Shown here one piece after another: positions 44,004-49,380 of a stretch of DNA of 49,380 nucleotides. The position numbers were made by a program, and so were the translations under genes. Origin of the DNA: Patescibacteria group bacterium (GTDB lineage: Bacteria > Patescibacteriota > Minisyncoccia > HO2-45-28); assembly GCA_038064075.1 (NCBI GenBank), contig JBBTTU010000002.1, forward strand, positions 1 to 49,380. Reading direction: 5' to 3'. Within the stretch, counting starts at the first letter, position 1. Each line of letters opens with the position of its first letter. The notes beneath the pieces were generated by a model, which was not told where the DNA came from, searched no databases, and worked only from the letters and a program-made list of their open reading frames with translations.

Positions 44004-44020
44004 TGTAAAACGTGAAACAT
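44004..44020. repeat. 17-nt direct repeat copy downstream of yraN (TGTAAAACGTGAAACAT)
   Basis: Starts 6 nt after the yraN stop and abuts the tRNA 5' fragment. Confidence 0.8.
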
Positions 44021-44061
44021 CGGGCTGGTGTATGATGGTGGTACGCCTGCTTCTTATCCGC
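44021..44061 (+). pseudogene. tRNA 5' half (Pro-like acceptor and D arm, ends near the anticodon loop)
   Basis: CGGGCTG-GT-GTAT-GATGGTG-GTAC-G-CCTGC-TTCTTAT parallels the layout of the neighbouring tRNA-Pro genes. No T arm follows. Its acceptor strand is complementary to CAGCCCG at 44241-44247. Confidence 0.45.
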
Positions 44062-44073
44062 CTAAATTTTTAG

Positions 44074-44147
44074 CGGGGTGTCGTATACCGGTAGTACGCA
44101 TGCTTTGGGAGCATGTAGACTGGGTTCAATTCCCAGCACCCCGACCA
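44074..44147 (+). tRNA. tRNA-Pro (anticodon TGG), CCA encoded
   Basis: Acceptor CGGGGTG/CACCCCG, D stem GTAT/GTAC, anticodon stem CATGC/GCATG with loop TTTGGGA, T arm CTGGG-TTCAATT-CCCAG, A73, CCA. Confidence 0.88.
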
Positions 44148-44218
44148 ATCAAGACAAGTCAAATTATACTATGGGGTGGGGCGCCCCGAAGAAGAGCAAA
44201 ACTCTCTACGGGATAAAT

Positions 44219-44262
44219 TTTAGTCCGAGTTCGAATCTCGGCAGCCCGACCAAGTTAGACAT
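44219..44262 (+). pseudogene. tRNA-Pro-like 3' half (T arm, acceptor, CCA) plus 10-nt flank; duplicate of 43283-43326
   Basis: TTTAGTCCGAGTTCGAATCTCGGCAGCCCGACCAAGTTAGACAT matches the 3' end and downstream flank of tRNA-Pro(CGG) at 41 of 44 positions. I could not fold an adjacent 5' half. Confidence 0.5.
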
Positions 44263-44319
44263 TGAGAGTTTTCGGAGGAGATTATCTCGCGGCTTCGCCG
44301 CTCGGGTGTGGCGGAAGGA

Positions 44320-44336
44320 GGGGGGGGTTGGGGGGG
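44320..44336 (+). repeat. G8-TT-G7 homopolymer pair
   Basis: GGGGGGGGTTGGGGGGG, counted base by base, within a short GC-rich patch in an AT-rich region. Confidence 0.8.
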
Positions 44337-44473
44337 ATGTCAAGTACCCCTTTTTTAGTAAATAATCTAAACTTACAAAATCTGCTTGTTTTTTTATTGA
44401 TATTTTTGCTATATTAAATCTAAATAGAGTTAGTTTGTTATTTTGAAAATTTTTATTGAAAGGAGGGGGAATA

Positions 44474-45265
44474 ATGAAAAACTTAAAGATTTTATTGTTG
44501 TTTGTTTTAGTATTGTTGGTATTTTTTTATGCCGGATTGGCAGCAGCGCAAGACGCGGAAGAAAAGGAAGAAGAAGAGATTATCTGGAAAAATCCTTTGC
44601 CTAAAATGCTTCAGCAAATGAAGCATAGGGCGGAAGAAACCTTGGAAAAACTAAAAAGTTTTGACTTTTTTTATGATTTTAATAACATTTCCTCACAAGT
44701 GTTAGATGTTTTGGTAAAGGAATTGGATGAAGAAATAAACAATTGCCCATCAGATGCGGATGTTTTGTTAAAAAAGAGAAACCTGGTTATTAAATTAGCT
44801 GGAATTCTTTACGAATATGAAAAATATATTTTCTTCTTTCAACAGGGAGAAGAATATATAAACAAATTAAAAGAGCTTGATTGGGTGATTCATTATCACG
44901 ATCCAACTGTTTTTTTAAAAACCTTGAGTCAATTTTATGATTCAAGGTACAGGTTTCAATTAGATAAAGAGCTAAATATAAATTTTGATAGAATAGTTAT
45001 ATTTAGTTCCTCCAATGATATTGAATTTCCGAATTCCCTTGTTACGGGAATTATAAAATATGATAATACAGAAAAAGAGAAGTTAAGAGAAGATATAGTA
45101 GGTTTTTATTTTCGGGGTTATCTTAATAATCCCGAATCTATATTAAATTCAGAGATTTTTGAGCTTCGCTGGTTGGACAGCGAAGGCAAAAAACATATTG
45201 TATGGCATTATATAATGCCATACCCTTTTCCGATTTTAACAGTGGTAAAAAATTCTCTTTATTAA
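44474..45265 (+). CDS. Secreted hypothetical protein
   Basis: Start at ATG 44474, behind the AGGAGGGGG Shine-Dalgarno. Signal peptide MKNLKILLLFVLVLLVFFYAGLAAA. No family recognised. Confidence 0.6.
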   Translation: MKNLKILLLFVLVLLVFFYAGLAAAQDAEEKEEEEIIWKNPLPKMLQQMKHRAEETLEKLKSFDFFYDFNNISSQVLDVLVKELDEEINNCPSDADVLLKKRNLVIKLAGILYEYEKYIFFFQQGEEYINKLKELDWVIHYHDPTVFLKTLSQFYDSRYRFQLDKELNINFDRIVIFSSSNDIEFPNSLVTGIIKYDNTEKEKLREDIVGFYFRGYLNNPESILNSEIFELRWLDSEGKKHIVWHYIMPYPFPILTVVKNSLY

Positions 45266-45270
45266 TTATT

Positions 45271-45314
45271 CCCAAGGGGCTTCCTCGGGGAGTTTCCCGA
45301 GGAAGCCCCTCGGG
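45271..45314. repeat. REP-like palindrome doublet (two inverted units)
   Basis: CCCAAGGGGCTTCCTCGGGG-AGTTT-CCCGAGGAAGCCCCTCGGG. Each unit is itself a 7-bp-stem hairpin (CCCGAGG/CCTCGGG). Lies between convergent genes. Confidence 0.75.
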
Positions 45315-45352
45315 AAAAGATAAAAAGCTGCTTTTTTTAAAAAAAGCAGCTT

Positions 45353-46150
45353 TTAAATTGCGTCGGTTATTTCAATTGGAATAACCGGTCCATTTTTTGG
45401 AAAATCCATCGGTTTTTCATCGTTTTCGCTTCCGGGAAAGAGCCAAAAATAAAATTTCTTGGCATCATTGAGTTTTGGCTTTTTTGGGAAGCCGTAATAT
45501 TTTTTTTGCATCTCCTCATCATAGAGTCCGATGCAGCCGTGAGAATCGGGGTAGCCGGGCAGATCGCGGCCGTGAATCCAAAAAGCCGTTCCTTTTTTAT
45601 CCACATAAAATTTAATTGCCCAAGTCATCGGATAAGGGATATTGGTTTTCTCTATTTTATAAAGAGAGGAACGATGGTTTTTATCGCGCCCCAATACTTT
45701 AAAAATCCCTTTTGGCATAAAATGGCCTTTGCGGCCGGAAGTTATAGGTAGAAAAAATTGCAACTCACCGAATTCGTAAGCGCCCAAAAACTGTTCTTTT
45801 AGATTGATTAGCGTATATTTTGGATAATTTTTCGCTTTTTCCAGATTTTTCGGCAGTCCGCCGTGAAAATCTTTTATTGATTCTAAATCCCGCGGCGCTT
45901 TCAAATGTTTTCCTGGCCAAACATGGCGCCGATCAATCCTGTTAAAGCGAAGAATCGCCTCATAATTCTCTCCAAAAAGACTTTCCAGGGTTTCACCTTT
46001 TTGTATTCTGTGGCATTCGTATTCTATCAGTTTGTCGCTCGGAAAAACCGGAAAACACGAATTTTGCGGCTTTTTCTGATTTTGAGCGAAAACAGAAGAA
46101 TAAAAGGCAAATAAAAAATTAAATGCCAATAGAAATTTCCATCTCTTCAT
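45353..46150 (-). CDS. LysM + YkuD-type L,D-transpeptidase
   Basis: Signal peptide, a LysM-like segment (HRIQKGETLESLFGENYEAILRFNRI), and the catalytic HGRDLPGYPDSHGCIGL. Confidence 0.75.
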   Translation of the reverse strand: MKRWKFLLAFNFLFAFYSSVFAQNQKKPQNSCFPVFPSDKLIEYECHRIQKGETLESLFGENYEAILRFNRIDRRHVWPGKHLKAPRDLESIKDFHGGLPKNLEKAKNYPKYTLINLKEQFLGAYEFGELQFFLPITSGRKGHFMPKGIFKVLGRDKNHRSSLYKIEKTNIPYPMTWAIKFYVDKKGTAFWIHGRDLPGYPDSHGCIGLYDEEMQKKYYGFPKKPKLNDAKKFYFWLFPGSENDEKPMDFPKNGPVIPIEITDAI

Positions 46151-46257
46151 TTTTTCACCTGTTTTAAATTTAAAAGAACTGATTGATTTTTTATTTTGTT
46201 ATTTATTATATCATAAATAGAATTTTCTCCGCGATTATTAATTATTGCATAAAATTC

Positions 46258-46278
46258 CCGTAAAATTCCCGAGGGGGC
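46258..46278. repeat. REP-like palindrome unit
   Basis: CCCGAGGGGGCTTCCTCGGGG, in the divergent intergenic region ~38 nt before the transposase left hairpin. Confidence 0.75.
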
Positions 46279-46315
46279 TTCCTCGGGGAAAGAAGATATC
46301 CACAGAAGAGATTTC

Positions 46316-47025
46316 CCCTAGGACCGTCCTAGGGTGTATAATATCTATATGTACCGCAAATTTGAATTTTCTGAAAATGAATTTTATCATTTATATAATC
46401 GCGGCAATGATAAAAGAACCGTTTTTTTGGACGATAATGATAGAAAGCGGTTTATAAAATTATTGTTTCTCGCCAACAATAATAACCCTATTAATCTTCG
46501 GGATATTCCCCTAGGACGGTCCTTTGTAGAAATGGAAAGGGGACAAACTATTGTGGATATTGGCGCTTATTGCTTAATGCCGAATCATTTTCATTTGCTT
46601 GTTTGCGAGAAAAAAGAAGGCGGAATCAGTAATTTTATGAAAAAATTATGCACTTCCCACTCAATGTATTTTAATATGAAATATGGAAGAACTGGTTCTC
46701 TTTTTGAAGGCGTATTCAAGGCTGAACATGCGGAAAAAGATGAATATTTAGAATATCTGTTCGCTTATATTCATTTGAATCCGATTAAATTGATTGAGCC
46801 GGAGTGGTATGAAAAAGGATTGTCCGATACGGATAAAGCTAAAAAATTCTTGGAAAATTACAGATATTCAAGTTACCCGGACTACATTGGCGAGAGTCGG
46901 CCGGAAACGGCGATTCTTAATAAAAACGCGTTTTCAGGATATTTTGAGAATCAGAAAGAGTTTAAAGATTACATTAATGACTGGCTTAATTATCAAAAGG
47001 TTAATACATAGGACCGTCCTATGTA
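46316..47025 (+). mobile_element. IS200/IS605-like or RAYT unit (~710 bp) bounded by related palindromes
   Basis: Left CCCTAGGACCGTCCTAGGG (46316-46334) and right TACATAGGACCGTCCTATGTA (47005-47025) share the 13-mer TAGGACCGTCCTA. A single Y1 transposase gene fills the interval. Confidence 0.6.
46349..47011 (+). CDS. Y1 (HUH) tyrosine transposase, IS200-like / REP-associated (RAYT-like)
   Basis: 220 aa from ATG 46349. HUH motif CLMPNHFHLLV and Tyr motif FAYIHLNPIK. Confidence 0.75.
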   Translation: MYRKFEFSENEFYHLYNRGNDKRTVFLDDNDRKRFIKLLFLANNNNPINLRDIPLGRSFVEMERGQTIVDIGAYCLMPNHFHLLVCEKKEGGISNFMKKLCTSHSMYFNMKYGRTGSLFEGVFKAEHAEKDEYLEYLFAYIHLNPIKLIEPEWYEKGLSDTDKAKKFLENYRYSSYPDYIGESRPETAILNKNAFSGYFENQKEFKDYINDWLNYQKVNT

Positions 47026-47065
47026 GTAAGGTTTGAAGAAATTTTAGGCGTGCTAAAATAAAATT

Positions 47066-47236
47066 ATGTTGAATAACAAAAAAACGAAGTTTGTTGTCGG
47101 AATTATCGCTATTATTATAATAATTGTTTTGGCTTGGTTTTACGGTTTGCCGAAATATCAGAACTGGCAAGAGTGGAAAAATATCAAAAAACAAGCGGAG
47201 GAATTTGAAAAAATAAAGAAGGAACGAATTGATTAA
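47066..47236 (+). CDS. Small single-TM protein (56 aa, hypothetical)
   Basis: ORF not in the supplied track: MLNNKKTKFVVGIIAIIIIIVLAWFYGLPKYQNWQEWKNIKKQAEEFEKIKKERID. Confidence 0.35.
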   Translation: MLNNKKTKFVVGIIAIIIIIVLAWFYGLPKYQNWQEWKNIKKQAEEFEKIKKERID

Positions 47237-47248
47237 TTATTTTTAAAA

Positions 47249-47746
47249 ATGAATATCAAAAATCCAATAATAAAAAAAGTGTTAATAATCATTCTTATTC
47301 CGCTTGCTATATTTTTATTACTGATTATTTATACTGCCGGAAAAAACATCTGGGGGGGATACAAATGGCAGAAAGCGACTGAAGAATTTCAAGAATCATT
47401 GGAGCGGCCGTACAAGGAAGATGTTTACGGAGGCAAGACACCGGAGGAAACTTGGACGATGTTTTTAGATACCTTAAAGAAAGGTGATTTGGAATTGGCG
47501 AGCAAGTATTATGATGCGGGGCATCAAGATAAAGCAAAAGAATGGCTGGAGAAATTAAAACAAAATGATGAATTGGAACAGACTATTAAGGAGATGGAGG
47601 GATTGAGAAAGAGTGAAAGAAAATCTTTGGAAAATCAAGCCAATTATTACTATAATTATTACGACCAAGAATTTAAGCAGGAGCTTTCTAGTATTATAAT
47701 TTTTTATTTCAACCCATACACCAAAGTCTGGAAAATAATCTGGTAA
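47249..47746 (+). CDS. N-terminally anchored hypothetical protein
   Basis: 165 aa with TM helix VLIIILIPLAIFLLLIIYTA. No family recognised. Confidence 0.5.
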   Translation: MNIKNPIIKKVLIIILIPLAIFLLLIIYTAGKNIWGGYKWQKATEEFQESLERPYKEDVYGGKTPEETWTMFLDTLKKGDLELASKYYDAGHQDKAKEWLEKLKQNDELEQTIKEMEGLRKSERKSLENQANYYYNYYDQEFKQELSSIIIFYFNPYTKVWKIIW

Positions 47747-47752
47747 TTTAAA

Positions 47753-49380
47753 ATGAGCAAGAGTTTTTTGAAATTTTTAATAAAGATCAATATTTATCTT
47801 ATTCTTTTTAGCGCATCTGTTTTTGCTCTTCATTTTGTTTTGGCTTATTCACCATACAACACCCATCCGGCGCTGACCGAAGAAATGGCTAATTTCTTTA
47901 ATATCAAGAATCAAAACAAATTATCCGATCAGAATATTGGATGGATGATGGAGGGTTCAATAAACGAAGACCAGGCACCAAGATGGATTAACCATTTTTA
48001 CGATCCAATTCATAATGAAGGATGGAAAGGAAAACACTTTGGCAATTTATCCGAAGAACAAGGTTATAAAATTGGGGCGGATGTCGCGCCTAAAGAAGCA
48101 ATTACTTCTTTAGATTGGGCAATAAATCAAGAATATCAGTCAGCTTATGGTAGACAGTTTGGCAATCAAACCTGGCAAAAAGCCATAAAGTCATACATTG
48201 ACGGAGATAAAAAGTCCGCTTTTATCGCTCTCGGACATATTCTCCATTTAATTGAAGATGCGAGTGTTCCTGATCATACGCGCAATGATACCCACGCTGA
48301 TTTTTACGGCGATCCTGGTTCTCCGTATGAAGATTATGCAAAAGAATATACTAATTTTAATGAATTAACAGTTGCCGTTGATTTAGTACAAGAGAATAAA
48401 GATTTATTGACGTTTCAAAGCCTTGCTCAAGCTTTTGATTATTTGGCTGATTATTCCAATAAAAATTTCTTTTCTGAAGATACAATAAGTAATAAAGAAT
48501 TTGTGGAGCCGGATTTGGAAAAATTACGAAAGAATACAAAAGAATTAGGAAATGAAAAAATTATATTTTTATATAATTCAAACACTGGATATTATATTGC
48601 TTTTTTAGATAATAAAACAAAAAATTATTCTGTAAACGATACAAAATTTATCCTCCCTTCCTATCGCATCCATCTCTTCCCTCAAGCGGTCCTCATCGGC
48701 GCAAGCGTAATAGATTTATTTTTCAGAGAAGCGGAGCGTTATCAAAATAATGAAGAATCTATTGAAGTTCTTTCTGACCAAAACGAGTCTTTGTTACAAA
48801 CATTAAAACACACTCCTAAACTTGCTGTTCTTAATATTGCTGATTTTTATGACAGAAATGCGACCAAACTGGAAGTAGTGGTGATAAAAACATATCAGCT
48901 CGCGAAAAATACGATCAAAAACATCTCTTTAAAAATTTATCCAAAAATCGTCTTGCCCGAATCCCAACTTGCGATTATTTCTCCGCCAAAAGAAACAATT
49001 CCGATATCGGATACTGAACAATTTTTGTTCCCCGAGGAAGCCCCTCGGGGGGAAAGTTCGACTTTGGCGGATTTGTCTGAATTACAAATAACTCTTGATG
49101 AAGCAAAAGCGCGAGTCGCGGTTTTGGAAAAGCAAGTAGCTGAAATCGCGCAAATCGTGCAAGCTCAAGCTCAAGCGCGAGCCCAATCTCAATCTCAAGC
49201 GCAAGCACAAGTGCGACAAAACAACAATTTGGAGACTAAGTCTCCAAGTGCGGCAAAAGCGGCAAATAATTTTGCCGCTCTCCCTTACGCTGGCTTTGGC
49301 GGGGGAGCGGCGCCGTCAGACGCGGCGCCAACGGAAAACGCGACCAACACTTCCAGCTCAACTTCGGTTGAGCTTTTTGT
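47753..49380 (+). CDS. Zinc-dependent phospholipase C-like domain protein with low-complexity C-terminal region; 3' end beyond window
   Basis: Not in the supplied track (no stop in the window). I translated it codon by codon from ATG 47753 and found no stop to 49380. Signal/TM N-terminus, HPALTEEMANFF and ALGHILHLIEDASVPDHTRND His/Asp motifs. Confidence 0.6.
   Translation, partial: MSKSFLKFLIKINIYLILFSASVFALHFVLAYSPYNTHPALTEEMANFFNIKNQNKLSDQNIGWMMEGSINEDQAPRWINHFYDPIHNEGWKGKHFGNLSEEQGYKIGADVAPKEAITSLDWAINQEYQSAYGRQFGNQTWQKAIKSYIDGDKKSAFIALGHILHLIEDASVPDHTRNDTHADFYGDPGSPYEDYAKEYTNFNELTVAVDLVQENKDLLTFQSLAQAFDYLADYSNKNFFSEDTISNKEFVEPDLEKLRKNTKELGNEKIIFLYNSNTGYYIAFLDNKTKNYSVNDTKFILPSYRIHLFPQAVLIGASVIDLFFREAERYQNNEESIEVLSDQNESLLQTLKHTPKLAVLNIADFYDRNATKLEVVVIKTYQLAKNTIKNISLKIYPKIVLPESQLAIISPPKETIPISDTEQFLFPEEAPRGESSTLADLSELQITLDEAKARVAVLEKQVAEIAQIVQAQAQARAQSQSQAQAQVRQNNNLETKSPSAAKAANNFAALPYAGFGGGAAPSDAAPTENATNTSSSTSVELF
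49030..49050. repeat. REP-like palindrome unit inside a CDS
   Basis: CCCCGAGGAAGCCCCTCGGGG, in frame, encoding part of FPEEAPRGES. Confidence 0.75.
49160..49210 (+). repeat. Imperfect hexanucleotide tandem repeat (CAAGCN/CAATCT) encoding a QA/QS repeat
   Basis: CAAGCTCAAGCTCAAGCGCGAGCCCAATCTCAATCTCAAGCGCAAGCACAA translates to QAQAQARAQSQSQAQAQ. Confidence 0.7.

Noticed and set aside
43446-44020. CRISPR array interpretation of the 17-18-nt repeats
   Set aside because: There are only three copies, in mixed orientation, with unequal spacing (110 nt and 413 nt), and one spacer is a complete yraN gene. No cas genes are in the window.
44062-44218. Group I intron or canonical tRNA intron between the two tRNA halves
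   Set aside because: The interval is only ~160 nt, contains a complete independent tRNA-Pro, and shows no intron core elements I can recognise. It is kept only as a remote possibility under the split-tRNA finding.
44028-44365. ORFs 44028..44216 and 44078..44365
   Set aside because: They run straight through the tRNA-Pro(TGG) gene, the tRNA 3' fragment and the G-tract. They are better explained as RNA genes and repeats.
1-49380. Alternative genetic code (UGA recoding, as in some candidate phyla)
   Set aside because: TGA functions as a stop at well-defined gene ends (for example 922-924 and 29211-29213), and long conserved genes are intact under the standard code.

Overview
This 49.4-kb window looks like the chromosomal origin region of a small-genome bacterium. 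I infer a Patescibacteria/CPR-like organism from gene content only. It uses the standard genetic code, since TGA is used as a stop.

The core (about 6.4-43 kb) is housekeeping:
- Replication origin neighbourhood: dnaN<-dnaA | rpmH-rnpA-yidC-jag.
- Repair and recombination: ruvB, yebC, ruvC, uvrD/pcrA, comM and a Xer-type recombinase.
- Envelope and other housekeeping: PBP1A, rsmA, rpsO-(NYN)-pnp, cca and a lone PilB/GspE ATPase.

Four regions stand out:
1. Left edge (1-6269): an SbnA/SbnB-type diaminopropionate pair, a DABA-type aminotransferase, a C39-like Cys peptidase and two ATP-grasp ligases. I read this as a possible NRPS-independent diamino-acid peptide or modification cluster.
2. 19031-30251: a ten-gene, co-directional, tightly overlapping type IV secretion-like operon. 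It has VirB4, PrgI/VirB3-like, VirB6-like and pilin-like genes plus several unrecognisable secreted proteins. No coupling protein or relaxase is in view.
3. 43.2-44.3 kb: a tRNA cluster with rearrangement scars. These are a 44-nt duplication of the tRNA-Pro 3' end plus flank, two complementary tRNA halves separated by an intact tRNA-Pro, and a yraN cassette bracketed by 17-18-nt repeats.
4. Right edge (44.3-49.4 kb): an AT-rich segment carrying GC-rich REP-like palindromes (one in frame inside a CDS) and a roughly 710-bp hairpin-bounded IS200/RAYT-type Y1 transposase unit.

I also note a 166-nt element closed by a 25-bp stem between pilB and ruvB (candidate ncRNA or MITE). Three perfect DnaA boxes sit at promoters far from the origin.

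No rRNA or CRISPR array was found. All protein family calls rest on motifs I recognised by eye. No searches were run.
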